This document shows positions 1-15,004 of a stretch of 64,000 nt of DNA, in pieces. The notes beneath the pieces are model-generated. The model saw nothing but the letters and a program-made list of their open reading frames with translations, ran no database searches and was not told the DNA's origin. Origin of the DNA: Strigamia acuminata (lineage: Eukaryota); NCBI GenBank assembly GCA_949358305.1, contig OX442314.1:15190001-15254000 (forward strand), given 5' to 3'. Position 1 is the stretch's first letter. Every line of letters starts with the position of its first letter. Both the position numbers and the translations under genes were made by a program.

Positions 1-172
1 ATACCAAAGGCCAAGGGTTCTTATTCAGGGTACTAAAATTGACTGCAGTTATTTTTTTTTACATTACTACTGTTAAGAATTTCAATTACTGTAAAAAATG
101 CAATTTTAGTTTTTAATGATAATGACTGACTGGAATTTGAGACTATTTGTCATTTGGATGAACTCAACTTAC

Positions 173-3100
173 TTCACGAAATTTCGCAATAAGCTCTTCA
201 ATCACGAAATGACATTCAAGAGATTTTAACCAAGTTGCGTGCCATCTTCGTTGTAGGTTGTGAGCAACAGTTTGCACATGAGCTGCATCTCGGACGAGGT
301 TTGGGGCTTGATCGTCTTGTTGCAATTGGTCGCACAATTTCAAAACTGACAAAACATTTTTTTGATGCGATTCGATGTCCTTTTGCAAAGCCTGCAATTT
401 AAAAAATAAAAAAAAATTAAAAATTTAGACAAAAAATAATTTTTTTTTGCACGGATACAAAATTCAGGAAATTATTTAGCAATTCAATTTAAAGTCCTAA
501 TATTTTTTTTTCTAAAATTTTCGTGTACGAAAAAAAAAAAAACCTCATCAGTGAACTTGACTTCCCTTCATATGAAACTGGGTACAAAGGATTGTTATTA
601 TGGCGCGCGTAATAAGCTGAAATGTATTTCAAATTGCACATAAAAAAATCGACGTGACCCTTCCTGCTTGAATAGATTCAAAATATTTGCATTTTTTACG
701 CTTAAAACATTTTTTTTCCTCCAAAAAAAGCCCTCAACTGGATTTAATAGATTTAAACTACGAAAGTTTAACCATACATGTAATGCAGTGTAAGTGTACA
801 ATTTTCTTGCATTCAATTCTGGTTTAAAGTTACACCCAAATGATCACAATTGAATAGTCTCAATCTGTCCACTGATAATAAAAAAGAAGAACAAAAAAAA
901 CACTGAAGAGCTACTAGACACGTATATTATCATCAAGCGAACCAGGAACAGGTGGAGTTGCTTCGAGGGCACTCATTGAATAACGCCTCGAAAAAAAACA
1001 AAGCAAAGATAAATTTATCTACCAATAAAGCAATGCTACCATGTCCAACAAAATTGCAAACTTTTTTCGAAGTAATTTATTTTCTAAAAAAATACAATCA
1101 AAACGTGCAGAAATGTATTTTACGCTATTTTCCACGGTCAAATTGCTCAGGTCACATTTTTATTCTCCTATAAGCTTATTTTCAAGGGGATCTAGTTTAC
1201 GATACACAAAATCGAGTGACAAGTTAATTGGTGAATTGCAAAACTTCCTCATGACACAATTTCTGTTTATTAACATACATAAACAATACACAAAGAAAAA
1301 ATATTCATTAAATCTTAAAATTTTCATTTTTTTCCCAAATCATGACCTAAACCCTAAAGTTACACACGACTTCAAGTAGAAGCAAACTCAAAAATCAGTT
1401 TCCATCCCTCTAGTCATTCGTTTCTTTTAAGATTGGTGTGTCAGGCAGAATCAAAGCAATTTTTATAGATTTTATGTCAGTTTCATTTGCGAGATCCGGA
1501 AGAAAAAGGTTTTATTTTCAGCCTGCATTAATCTATTTTCCTTAATTTTTATTGCACACGTCGGCGTATAAGAATTTCACACAGCTATAAACCGATTAAA
1601 ATTTGTAAAAAATAATAATAATATAATAATAGCTATATTGTTTACTGTAGTTGGAAGCAATTGCCTGCTGAGTCATCTGGAACCAATGTGGGTAGAACCA
1701 ATTAAGTTTTTTTTTTTTTAAATTTTAGGATAAACAAACATACTCTGCACAACTCATTGGTGAAAACAAAAATTTCCTTAACTTAAAAAACAAAACTATT
1801 CTTCTGAACTCTTTGGGTTGTTGCACTCAACAAGTACAACTGAAATAAACCAGCGTGCAGCGTTATGTGGTAAACAGTCAGCACGTAAAGAACGCGTAGT
1901 CGAAACGCTCCAATTACAATCAGGGTAAGAAGAAAAAGTGCTGGAATATAAATAAAGTTCCTTCAATTCTTAGCACTATATTAAGCCTTTTCGTCACTTG
2001 GGTCCATCTGGTATAAAGTAAACATTTTGGAATGTGTTTACGAGTAAAAAGAGAAAAAACAACCCAAACAATTCAAAGTTAAAACTCTATTCCATTCTAC
2101 TTTTCACCAATTCCATCCCCCACCCAACGCCGCAATAATTTTACACATCCGTCTAATAAAAATTTCACGGAATTACATCCTACCCGCACACAGGTGTGAT
2201 TTGTGACTTTGCATTAATGGTACTTAAAAGATAAACAAAAATCAGTCTACCAATATCATATCCAAACAAATGGTGATAAACTCTGATAGTTCAATTAAAA
2301 ATCAACATCCAATCGGTGCCATTTGCTAACCATTAAAACTAGCAATCTATATTTATATTTATATTTTTTTTCTTCTGTTATCTAATTGCTCGCACACCTT
2401 GATGGCGTGATATTTAACGTCATTGAAACCTGCGGACAATACAAGTTCACACTATGAAATTCCAGGAAAAATGAACTGACGTTTTAGCCTTGTCCTATCG
2501 TCCTCACAGCAAAGTGATTAATGAACTCGGCTCAAACAACTATATGTTTTACCGCTCAACGCCAACTACTAGGAAAGTAATTAAAACTCAATAATAATAA
2601 TAAAAAAAAACTTAGCATAATATCTTACAAACCCAAAAATGCAGACCTCATGCAAATCCAAATCTAATCTCCCCAGACCAACGCAGTTTTACTTAAAATA
2701 GAAAATATTCCAACAACAATTTTTTTTACGTGTGAAAGAAAAACAGTTTTTGCCATTCACGCACTTTTAATTCTCAAATTTAGAAACAAAGCCTTCCGAC
2801 CAGAGAAACACGCGTGGCCGATTTTTATATATTTTAACATTTTATCCAACTTCAAAACAAACAAAAGAACCGAAGAGGGGAAATAAAATTCTAATTTCTC
2901 TCGACCCCTCCTGCGCAGAACCTCATCCTTTGTTGTACAGGTTTATGACGAGATGAAACGATTGCAACTTTCAAGCGAATTTTATACCTTATTCGATATG
3001 GGCTGACCAAAACTATTAACCTGTGCATCATCTCGGGATAAATTCATGGAAATTTACACCCACATCTCCGTTAGGCACTAACGACTATTTTTGTTGCAAT

Positions 3101-6100
3101 GGCAACAGATCACGCCCAGAGGTTAATGGCATCGACGGCAAATGAAAACTCAACCAAGAATAGAATCCATACTTTAATGAAATAAAATAACCCTTTGGTG
3201 CTTTCCACAAACTTCAGTTTGCGTCAAACTAAAATGAGGACACTCACAAAAAATGCCGTTAACTGCTATTTTAAAATCATTCTTTGCTTCAACCTTGGGT
3301 ATTAACACACTTAGCCAACCACCGGGGGTGTATGAAAACCTCAGAACTGATTTGTGCAAAGAATGAGACAATAATATTCATGCATCAGTTCCAACTGCCA
3401 AAAGTCATCAACCCGCTTGTCAACTGTCAATTACTCGCTTTTCCAATCAACTTTGTGCCACCAGGGGTAGTTTAGTCAAAGATAAATGGTGGCTATCAGT
3501 GTTGGTCGTAAAATTTTCACTGCAATCACCTTTACCCCCAACAACCAAACACCTCTGGGGAGGGAAGCGCCCTCCCAGCAAGCTGACCTCATGACCAAAT
3601 ACCCAGTGCAAAGAAACCTCGTTGGCAGCAAGTCAAAGCGCTAGACACAAGGACGTACAACAGATTAAACTTACTTCCGTTTCCAGTTGAATGCTCTTTT
3701 AAAAATGTGCCTTGATAATTTTTCTTATTGATTGAATGGCGCGTAATAAAGAAACTCATTTCACTCGATTTTTCACTCTTTAGTTTTCCCTTTCGAAGGT
3801 TTTTGACCCAATAGTTTCAAGCATTACTGAACAGGTAACTCCCTTCTCATATTTTCCAACTAAATTTCCTAACCCTTCCAACATTTTTCGGTTCCATGTC
3901 AAAGGTTTCAGGTATGCGCCATGCGGTTATCTAATTTCAACCCCAAAAAAACTTTCTATTCTTTCACTTATCTTATCATATTTTTTAAATAAATAAAAAA
4001 ACAAAATTGTAAAATAAACGATTAAACATTTTGAGCAAACTCACTAAAATATATTTTTTTTCCTTCCAAATTTTTCATCATCCTAATTAATTTAATTATA
4101 AACCAATATTAAACAACTGCTGGAAAGATTAATTAAAATCTCATTAGCACATGACTCATAAAAATACAAGTCGCAAATACGATCTGATCAAACCTTATAA
4201 ACAGATTATGATTATACTTATCAACGTCAATCGCCCTCGGAAAACCACACATCACCACAAGTAACAGAATACTCGCATGACGTTATTTCCACACATATTC
4301 TAATAAATAAATAAACTAAACCTTACATCTACTTTAGATACCTCAATGCAGGAAACGTCATTTTTATATTCACACAAAATTCAATGGTCTAACTCCAGCC
4401 CCCAAACTTCTGTTCAGAAAAATACCAAACGACTGAGACTCCATTCGCCATATATCGGATATCCCTACACATATCTTACAACACACTTCCTTTGCACAAG
4501 AAATGAACGTTTCCCAACCGACTTCGATCATCCTTCCTGCTACTGCGCTACAGAAGGGTTGCCACAACCGAATTACAACCACCTCATTTTTTACTGTGTC
4601 AATCGAATCCAAATCCATTCGACTTTCCTCAAAACTAACCTGGAAATAAGATGTGATTCATAAACCACCTTCCACCTGCCAGCACCAGCAGACGAGAGCG
4701 GAGGCGTCGGGAGACAGCAGAGTGTGGCAGCCAGTTGGCGATTGTGGCGGCTGTTAGCGCATCCAAGGCCGGGCCGTTCTATTTGCAAAGGGAGGGATTC
4801 AACTCCCTTTCATTGACCAAGCCAGCAGGTGGAAATCGTCGCACAGAACTCGATGCAGGATTGCAGGAATAACGTTTAACTGCCTCAGAAGTTCATTAAA
4901 TATAAAAGTTTTAATAAAGAATTGGCATCTAGACCTTTTTGTATTCATCTTTAATCGTCTGTCGAGAATGAATTAAAAGTTTTTTCTTTTGTATTTCTCC
5001 ACAATTCAACTTTCGTGAGCTCATGTTAACACTATAATTAGTGCATTACAAGTCGGTGTAATACTTAATTCAAGCAATAACTCCAACCGTCTCATTTTTT
5101 TGCCTTCATTATTTTTTTTAAATAGGAAACAAAATTCAATGACAATTAAGATAATGAGTTCCACATTTGATGCTTTTCAAAAGATCACCTAGCCTGAAGG
5201 CAAACACGAGGAAGAACTTCGAAAAGTCATGTTAATTATACCTTAGTCCAAGCAACGATTAGGCTATAGAAAAATTAGGCTGAACAATTCCTTCAAGCGA
5301 TGATTTTTGCCAATATGTGAAAACAGAGGTAATTGAGCATAACACCGTACTTTTTACATCATTCAGGGGCGGATCTTTCTAAGGGCTGTATGGGCCACAG
5401 CCCAGGGCCCCCACAACAACAGTGGAGCTCCAGAGGACCCGCAGGACCCCAATTAATTTAGCATTTCCGGAAGTGCAGTGACTAATTCGAATAACATGGA
5501 AAAGAAAAAATGAAGTGACTAAATTCATGTCTGACATAAACGTATTATTTTCATGACGCGCTGTGATTGGTTGAGCGATGCACTGAGACACATTGATGAA
5601 AATACTCGGTTCAGTCTAGGTTAGGTTTGGGAAGATAAACCCCCGAAAACAGCACCCAGGATTAAAACTCAGTTAGTTTCTTTGCAATAATGGCCGATTT
5701 TTTTGTTTCTGTGAAGCAATATGTGATTTATAAATCAATATTCAGAGATTGCTCATTGCGTATCGGTTTCATCATACACAAAGAGTAATTTTGACATGTT
5801 CATTATCTGGTTTATTTCCCACCCTACTGATTGCATTTAATCTCCCCCATTCACATGGTCTCAAGCACAATGGCTGTTCTTTATTCTGGGATCAAAATAA
5901 GGCCTATTCAAATGAGATGTAATCACAAAGCCTTCTACCTTTTTGTTGTGCAGCCACAAATAATGAGATTAATTTCAATTGAAGCAGGTTTTATTATTCT
6001 GTGGTTATTTACCAAACTACTGCACTGATTAAATTGGTTTTTGATATCATTGTAGTTGGGCTATTGGACCACATCTAATATACGATAGGTGCGTTCAATT

Positions 6101-9100
6101 CCAAATTACCAAAATCCAATTACAAAAACTTCATTATAGAATCGGGTTTTTAACTTTGAACGAGTTAAATTTAACTCGTTCAAAGTAAACCTTGAACATG
6201 CGCAGTTCTGACTTCCACTGCCAATGTATTCGATTTCAAAATGGTCGCCAGAAAAAGTGTTAAAATCGGGTCGAAATCCAAAGAATCCACCGAACATTTG
6301 GATTATGAGAATCGGTCTTTCGAGAATCCGATTCTAAAAAATATGACAATAACGCGCCTATTGATATTCATAATTATAAGCAAAATATTAACTAAAAAAA
6401 AAATCAAATTTTAAAATCAAATTTATTGACATTTTTTCTATTCGAATTAATTAAAACGAGCAGGAAACATAAATTTAAGTCATCTTTCTTTCCACTCTCT
6501 TTACAGCAAAACCAAAAAAACCTCTTTCAAAAGCGAACAATCCCTCAAGTTATCTAACCACTCAATCAGAGTTCCTTGGAATAAAAACTGCCAACTCATT
6601 TCCATAACTTTTTACTAATCACAAAAAAAGAAAAATGAATGGAACTCGTGTTCCACGTCCAAAAATATTCTAAAAAAATAAAAATAATAACAGTGTAGTT
6701 ATTATGTGCCAGTCACCTCAAAAACTAAAAAAAACAAAAAAAATACCATGACATAATGTACAAATGATATAATCTCAAAAGCATTTAACATCTTCCCCTT
6801 AATAAAATGCAGGCAGGTGGTGATGACAGCAAAAGAGGGGAAGAGATAAGTGGAGTACAAATAGGAGTGGCCTTTTAAAATTGTGCATCTAAACGTGTTT
6901 GCGACTTATAATTAACGACAGGGCAAGAAAAATAAATGTAAGAAATGGATTTTGAATTGGTTCAAGTTTCAATGTCCGAAAAGTGAGTCATATGGGATAG
7001 TCTGGATTCTTTCTATTTACTAAATTTCTTGCCCCATACATGTGTCACGTTTCATATTGAAGAGAGAGAAAAAACGTGTGTAGGCATCAATTTTCCAACT
7101 CAGCTTTTCAAATTTAAATCATTCTTTCAATGCAAGAATGAATTGTTTGTTTGTTCAATTACTCTTCCTTAACTCGAATAAAAAATAAAATTTAAATGCT
7201 AAAAAAGTTTAGTTCCACACTCATGAGTCAACAATCTCAATGACCATGTGCTAAATATAAACTCAACCCTTTCAACTTCACTCAGTCAAAACTTTCTTTA
7301 ATTAGATGACCTCATTTCACTAGATTAGAATAGGCGTGAATACCGTTTCCATTCTCCCCAAAATACAAATGTGATCTCAGAGCCATCTACCAACTGTTGA
7401 CGAAAACAGCTAACTCTGATCAGGACTGTTGTTACCTGTTGCCATCTGGTGAACAATTTGGAATACACACACATTTTTGCATTTCTTGGGCGGGAAATAC
7501 AAGATTTATACATGTAAACATGATTCAAATTTTCATCTTCAAGTTATAACAATAATTCCGACCCCCTTGGTTAACAGATTTACATAAGGCACAAGTTGGG
7601 GGTCTGCTTATTTATAAACAGGGTCGCGCCGTGGGGGCAAACGGGTATGTTCCCCTGGCCTCGCATTTGTTGGTGATTTGCAAAAGAATCTTTATTTTCC
7701 TGTTTTTGGGTCACAAATTTATTTTTGGCTTTCTTGCCCGTGGCCTTGCAACTAGGGTGACCAGATTTAGGAAGGATAAACTGGATGCATAAAAAAGTAT
7801 TTTTTTTTACATATTATTTTGAAGCAACGTTTTTGAAGAAAAAATTCAAAAAAATTATAACATAAATTATGTTATAATTTTAAAATTTTCGAAATTTCAT
7901 CATTTAAATTTGTTTAAATTTTCAACCCGGACATTTGACCGTAACTAAACCCTCTTTCGGGACATGGGGCTCAAACCGAGACGCAGAGTCACCCACTAGC
8001 CACTAGCCCTAGTTTATCTGGCATATGCATTACAATTAATTTCAAATTATCTCTGTTTACTGTTTTGGAAAGAGTAAAATGCTTTCGACAAATATCAAGG
8101 GGAGCCAATATTCAAACAAATTCCCGTAACTCTCTAATTAGTGATTTACAAATCATACAAATCCAGTAAACTTAAACAAATCTACCAATTGATAAAACAA
8201 CTGTAAATTTTGACATAAAATCTTATCTAAATTTCAGAAAATCTGCAAATCAACAAATCCTATGATTCGATTTGCTAATTTGTAAATCCGTACACAAAAT
8301 GAGTGAATGCCATTCCCACGGATTGTAAACAGTGTGGTATAGCAGCAAAATCTGTAGTCTGCGCTCGGTATCTTGATGCCAAAATCAAACAAAAATCCCT
8401 ATCTACGCATACATAAAACGCAAAAAAACACATGAATTTTAGAAATATTCTGTAATAACGAGTAATAGCACTATTCTCTCGTGTGCAATAAACAATTTTA
8501 AAGTTTTGTGTTTTCCTGTGCAAAAAATGGAATTTGGTGTTTGAATTTGGCACCACAACGGGCGCACACTAGTGGTAAATTACAATACTGCAAACCAAAA
8601 CCACATACCTGGTACTGTTTATATTTTTCTTCCAAGTCTTCAATGGTACAACCAGGATACAAAATCGGTAGTTTCAATTTCATTTGAATTTCTTGCAACC
8701 ATTTCCGCAAACATCTAATTTCGTAATAAATATCTGAAAAAATAAAAACAGAAAAATATTACAAAAAAAAATAAGTCACGGTAGTTTTTGTACTGTGCAC
8801 CCATGGACAAAATAAAAACTTCCTTTAAGTACTGCAAAATCACTGTAACCAAGAAAATTTTTTTTTGTCCACGAGTGGCCACACATTACGTTAAAATTTT
8901 CGCTAGTATTCCTTCAACTTGATTATCACAAAGTTAAGAATTGTATTTAATTTTATATTCCTGTAATTTAAACTATCTTCTCATATTACCTTTTAACAAT
9001 AATTTAGCATCTAATTTTGGCTTGTCCATGATTATTGCCTTCTCCAATTCATCCCAACAAGTATTGATATGCGCCACTTGCAAAGTGATCTCGTCATTTA

Positions 9101-9842
9101 AATTAGGATATCTGTGACAAAGTCCCTGGGACTGTTCAATGAACTGTTTCCGAAGAATATTCAATTTTCTCAACTCTTCAGCGTGCATCTAATTTTAGAA
9201 TAAAAAAAAAAAACAAAAAAAATAATCATGATCCTGTATCTACATTGCATGTTTATCTATCGCATTAGTCACCTCTTTGCTTGTTTTTTCTGGTGCTGAC
9301 GTGTCCTCCACAGACCACACTTTGTTGCGTAGTTTTTCCAGCCATTCACATAACATTTTATAATGTTCCATATATTCACTGAAAGTCCACACAGTTGTTG
9401 CCACATCAATATCAGGTGCTAATTCGCCATTCGCTTCCTATTTCAACAAACAAATAAATAAAATTATAAACATTTACCTAAAACTCATTTATAATTTGAC
9501 AAATCAGATAAAATTTGACAACATCAAGAGCAAAACAATCGATAAAACCAATTACGAATTTCATCACCTTACAACTCTTGATAAGTCCTTCGTCCATCAA
9601 ATAATTGTAATTTGATTGTAACGCCTCCCAGAATTCATCTTGTTTACACGGTGACCGCCTCTTCATGGCTTTTGTGAATGAAGTCATAAGAACCTGTTGC
9701 CTTTCCGTATCTGATGATGTATTATTTCCTATCACCTGTCCCTTCGATATATTAGCTAAAGACGCCAGCACTGGACTGGAGTTTGCAAACGAAGGCAGGG
9801 AAGGATTGAACTTAGCATCACCATCCATTTCAGCTCTACAAT
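173..9842 (-). CDS. klar: Klarsicht-like spectrin-repeat protein, multi-exon, continues off the left edge
   Basis: GT-AG exons at about 9842-9568, 9437-9273, 9189-8990, 8734-8609 and 391-173. The peptide FWEALQSNYNYLMDEGLIKSCK resembles the conserved klarsicht N-terminal block, and ALQKDIESHQKNVLSVLKLCDQL...NLQRRWHATWLKSLE is a spectrin repeat. The 5' end is uncertain: candidates are an ATG at 9828 or an upstream exon at about 10705-10424 that splices in frame. Confidence 0.7.
5364..5450. mobile_element. Terminal fragment of a hAT-like non-autonomous element
   Basis: Abrupt GC-rich block beginning CAGGGGCGGATC...GGGCCACAGCCCAGGGCCCCC in an AT-rich intron. No partner end was found. Confidence 0.35.
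7753..7996. mobile_element. Degraded MITE with TAGGGTGACC...GTCACCC termini
   Basis: Short inverted termini and internal CCGGAC/CGGGAC-like motifs. It sits next to another GC-rich fragment starting near 7619. The TSD is not clean. Confidence 0.4.
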
Positions 9843-12800
9843 CTGAAATAATAAAAATAAAAAAAGATGAGCGTTTAAAGTGCAAACATTAGTAAAACAA
9901 AACGTAACGGAAATTCAAATTATAACCGTCAAATACATTTTTTTTTGTTTAAATTGTCGGTTAATATTAAATTACTATACATTCAACCGACGTTATTATG
10001 CTAATTGCTTGAACTTGAGCCCTGAACTCTGCAAAAGCTCATGTAGTCTCCTTCCATCATGTAGCTGATAACCTTCAACCTGAGGCTGAAAGTTGAGAAA
10101 TTCTGAGTGTGCATAGAAAATCAACAATCAAACGTTTCAACTTGTTTCATAATAATCTATCAGGAAATGTAAGTTCTCAAGTTCTCACAGAAATAAAGTC
10201 ACGATATTTTTTCCCCCAATCCAGCAAAACAACACAATAACATTTTTCTAACAAGTCGGCACCTTGGACTGTGAACTCGCCGAAATTCCATTTACCTCAT
10301 GCACTTCCTCCATTTACATCAACTTTCCATATCGTTTGCATCAATTTACTGACACGTGTTAATTAATGGATTATATAATTGTAAAGGGTATTCTACTCAA
10401 ATTGTCTAAATATCTTCACACACCTTTCACGTCTAAATTCCGGATTACAAAACACGCAACAAGAAATTCCTCCTTCCATTGCTCGAGCAATCTGTCTCTC
10501 TTCTTGTCCACATTCCTCGTAAAGTGTTGTCCTTGTGCCTGACTGTATCTGCTCGTGATGCGGGTATTCTGGGTATGAATGCTAACTGCTATCAACAAGT
10601 TCAAGAAACTATCGTCTTTCTTGAATATGTGATTGAGAACACACGTCTTCTTAATGTTCTTCAATGCTGACCTTGAAAACTTCTTCAAATTGTAATGATG
10701 AGTCCTATTTGAAAATGTAAAAAGAAAAAAAAAAGGATTTTTAATTTTACAAATTAAAATGCACTTAACTGAGTGCACCAGATTGGCATGGTATAAAAAT
10801 TGCTATGTGGCTTTTTCAACAAAAAAATTAATTACACCAAAAAATTAAAATCGAATAAAAAACGTAATTACACCAAGTTAAATCAATTTTTTTTTAAATA
10901 TTTTTTTTTTAAAAAAATAATATTAAAAATGCAACCTTAATTATTGTATTCATCCAATTTTCACACATGCAAGCTGTTGAATTCCAACGAATCCAAGTCG
11001 AAACAACAAAGCTAAGCTTATACCAGCTTAAATTAACTGCGTTAGTCGCTAAGAATCACCAGATGCAAATAAAATTGAATACAATGAAATTACTTGTGAA
11101 GAACCTTGACAAGATTAATTCCACTCGCAAAAATTGTAAACACAACAAAATGAATAAACCAAACCACAAAGAAACCTTGAACTAAGGCGCTCCTTGGCAG
11201 TTTTTCGAAATTTCAGTTGTTGACAAAAAAACCGTTTCAATCCTCTCCCACGTAAACACCTCTGCTTGCACCCATCTGTTCCTCCTCGGTATGGCACCAA
11301 ATAAAAAGTGAGATCTCCTAATCTTAGCCCATGGTTACAGATCTACAATAAAAACAAACAAACAAATGAATAAAACTGCAACAAAAAATATAACCTAAAT
11401 AGAACAAGTACATTAAAATAAAAAATAAATATTAATATATTCACACCATTAAAAAAATAAATAAAAACCATACAATAACACCAATCTTACATACTGACTG
11501 ATTTGTGCTCCAAATCGATGGTAATCTCTTGATAAAAATAAATGGGCAAAAAAAGAAGGGAAGAAAAGACTATTGACCTGTCATTACAGCATATTCTCCC
11601 CTCCCACCATCTTGTTTTATCTAACTTTAAACTTTTCACACTGAATAAAACCATAAACCGGAAATTGGTAAACATAAACAAACCAACTTCACACTGACAC
11701 AGCCACATGTTTTTGTCCTTTGTTGAAACATTGCAGTAGAGCCCTGCTTAATGCTCACTGCCCCTTATTTTATAGCTTTACCCCTCTGAACTTAATCAGA
11801 AAATAGAAAGCTTTCTGCTTTAATCGGACAGCTAGCCTTTCACCAAAACCATACAACCATCTGTGCTTTACCTTGATTAGAAAATCAATATCCATCTTAT
11901 TCCAAAGCTACAGGCAATCAATCTGCTAACCTTCAGCCACAGGTGAAAGAGGAGTTCTGACTGTACCCTATAGCTTGGAAAAACTGAAAAACCACTTGAG
12001 AGTGTAGGCCACATTCATTATTGACTTCTACTTCCTGTCTGAACTTTCACCTACCGTGATAAAAGGATTGTTCCAAATTCTGTATTCAACAAAACTTGCA
12101 AGAAAAAGGAAAAATTCTCAAAAATGAAAATAAAACACAAAACTTTGCATCCAAATTACTGCTTTTCCCTCTCTAATTTCAAAATTCAAGGCCCCGATCT
12201 TTAGAGAATCTTCCAACCCTAAAATTAGTGCAAAGAAGTCAAGTAGTGAACCAGCTTTGCTTCAATGTCCCATCTTAGTTCCCAAGCATTTCGCATCATC
12301 ACTGACACTGAACTATGACCCACTTGTATCATTGGTTATGTAAAAAAAAATGTAGTCCAGTCTAGTAAATCAACTATTTAAAAAAAATACAAATTCTCAT
12401 TATGACTCGACTATTATTCACACCCACAATCTTAAAATGATTACACTGTCTACTCACCACAAGCAGCAATTTAACTGTACAGTGGGATGGAGTTGGGTGT
12501 TGCTACCGCATATTTCAGCCCTTGTTTTTATAGATGTGGTTTGATAGGCTACTAATTTTTTGCATGCCAATTTTTGGCCAACCTTAAACACATGTTTGGA
12601 AGTGAACAAAAGGCAATATATCCATCAAGCCCATGCAAAACCATGCTAAACCATAAAACAGTTAAACGATTGTGATAAATGAGTTGAGTTAAGATCGCAT
12701 CATCTTCAACAATCAGCCGGGTGAATAAACCAAAACATTCGCTCACATTTTGGCCTCGTTTGAGCTCGCATTCATCACCAGTTAAGACATTTTTAGTTCT

Positions 12801-14815
12801 GGAGTGCAGTGGGGAAAGAAAGGGCCAGAAATGTAAAAAAAAAAAAAAAAAAAATAAGTAAAAATAACCTCAGAAAAATATATATTTGAAGGAAAAAAAT
12901 GAGAAAAACAACTCGGCAGCTGTTGAGGATAGAAACAAATGTAAACAAATGAGTAAAATATTTCATTCGTGTTCTCAATCAATCGTTTCTAGTCTGTTAA
13001 AAGTTGGCTCTGTAGTGAAGAGGAGAGAAACCTCGTTTAATTACAAATAACAGAGCGAACTCATGCCAAAGGGTCAACAAACCTCATCTCTAGCCAAAAG
13101 GGTTATTCCAACTGAAAATAAACAAAAGCACTCTTACCTTCAAAAAAAATATTTTTTCACACACAACTTTTTTGTTTCCAAACAAAATTTGGAATTCTAT
13201 AGAAGAGATATAAAAGACGTTGCTACTTTTCACATTCACCACAAAAAGAGAACTACACCGTCTCTCACTGCTATTGGACGATGGTTGCTTGGCAACGTTA
13301 CAGGGTTTCCTTTTATTTGCTTTTTATGAGGATACAATTAAAAATAACATCAAAATAGTGTTAAATTTAGGATATTATACCGTTCCTTATAAACTCTAAC
13401 GCACACATCTGTCAACGAGTCTGTTTCCTCCAATTCCTAGCAGCCATATGTCCCATAACACTTTTATGGATGCCAAGTTGCCAACTAGGGACTGACAGTA
13501 AAATAAGAATTATTATTCATTCGTTGGTTAAAATTTCACAGAACACATTTCATTTAGAATTAAAATCCAATTACATCCAAACCCAACCTTGACTTTTTTT
13601 CCCATCCTAGTGTAAAAAATTGATAAACAAAATGTGTACACGACCAAATCTCATAAAAACCAAGAACACTTTATATAACCCTTCTAGTTCATGATATGAA
13701 ATGTTCTGCTCGGTGCAATTCAAACTCGCATCGTCCATCCAAGGACGTGTAGCTTCTCTCCCTAATCCACAATATGCATTCTGCCAAACGCGGATATTAG
13801 TGTTTTCAGATGACATTTGTTTGCAGTCATTTTTTTCTCTCCATTCAAGGCCATAACACAGTCAGAACCCTACATTAACTGACGGTAAAAACCCTACAAT
13901 CTCGAACACAGTTATAAGCGAATGACATAATTATTTGTTATGAGGTAATTTTGCCACCCGAAAGTTGGCACACATACTTATCACAGCCTGAACCAGTTGT
14001 ACACTCGATATTTTGTTATCGTGGCAAAAATACACTTTATAATTGAGCATTCGTGCAGCTCGTGAAATAGAAAAAACAAACTGCAAGCGCAGCGAATAAT
14101 TCTCCGCCATTTTCTTCAAACAAAAATCAACTAATTCGATTAAAATTGAAATCCATCTTTTTAAATAACGATCCAAAGAAAGTATTTAAGCATTTCTAGT
14201 TTATTATGCCAAGGACAGGTAGTCTGTGACACACGAGCTGTAAACACGCAACAGATCCAAAAATCAATGGCGGCATTAACCTAGAGCCAGAGCAATATCC
14301 TTTCTGTCTCGATCAATGTGTAAACTTGCAACTCGTGACACGAAAGCAAAGTGAGTCACTTTTTTGTACTATTTATTTATAAGTGCAAATTTATTAACGA
14401 GAAACCATTTTTACTTCAAGGAAAACCATCAATCTAAGCAAACAGCCTGAATGTTTGAAAAACACGACTAAAAATACTGACCAACTTTTGCCTTTTACAG
14501 AGAAAACAGTCACTGGATTGTCACTAAAGCTATATTGGATAACGCTTCATAGCTTCAAAACATCAATCAGAATTAGGCACAAGCCTCGAGATAAAAATAG
14601 ATCCATTAAGGCCCATTGTGTGAAGTTATGGGACTAGATAAATAAATATAATGGAGGAGGAAAACGTGAAAAACACAATACTAAGCTCTATTGATCATTC
14701 ATGACACTTTGTCCAACCCAGACATAATTCAAAATAACATGAATTCCAATATCCAAAACCAAAAAACAGCTGATTTTGCAATCAATAGTGAAGCCCTTCA
14801 TATGTATATACATAT

Positions 14816-14964
14816 ATACTCAAAAAATCGATTCGTTATAACGAGAATTCGTTATAACGAGAATTCGTTATATCGAAATTTTTTAACATGGTGTTCTATG
14901 GCCAGTCAACCAAAGCAGCCATTTTTAGGTATTCGTTTTATCGCGATTCGTTATAAAGAGTTTC

Positions 14965-14968
<4 letters not shown>
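14816..14968. mobile_element. pogo/Tigger-like MITE remnant
   Basis: Repeated TTCGTTATAACG motifs at both ends. The right end GAGTTTCCACTATA runs into a TA repeat and the left end is degraded. Confidence 0.5.

Positions 14969-15001
<33 letters not shown>
14968..15001. repeat. (TA)n microsatellite
   Basis: About 17 TA units directly after the MITE end. Confidence 0.9.

Positions 15002-15004
<3 letters not shown>

Noticed and set aside
598..4663. Short ORFs in the klarsicht intron
   Set aside because: Low-complexity AT-rich translations with no motifs or splice support.
6087..6360. Possible MITE with TAGG(T/C)GCGTT termini
   Set aside because: Only about 10 bp of inverted match and no convincing TSD.
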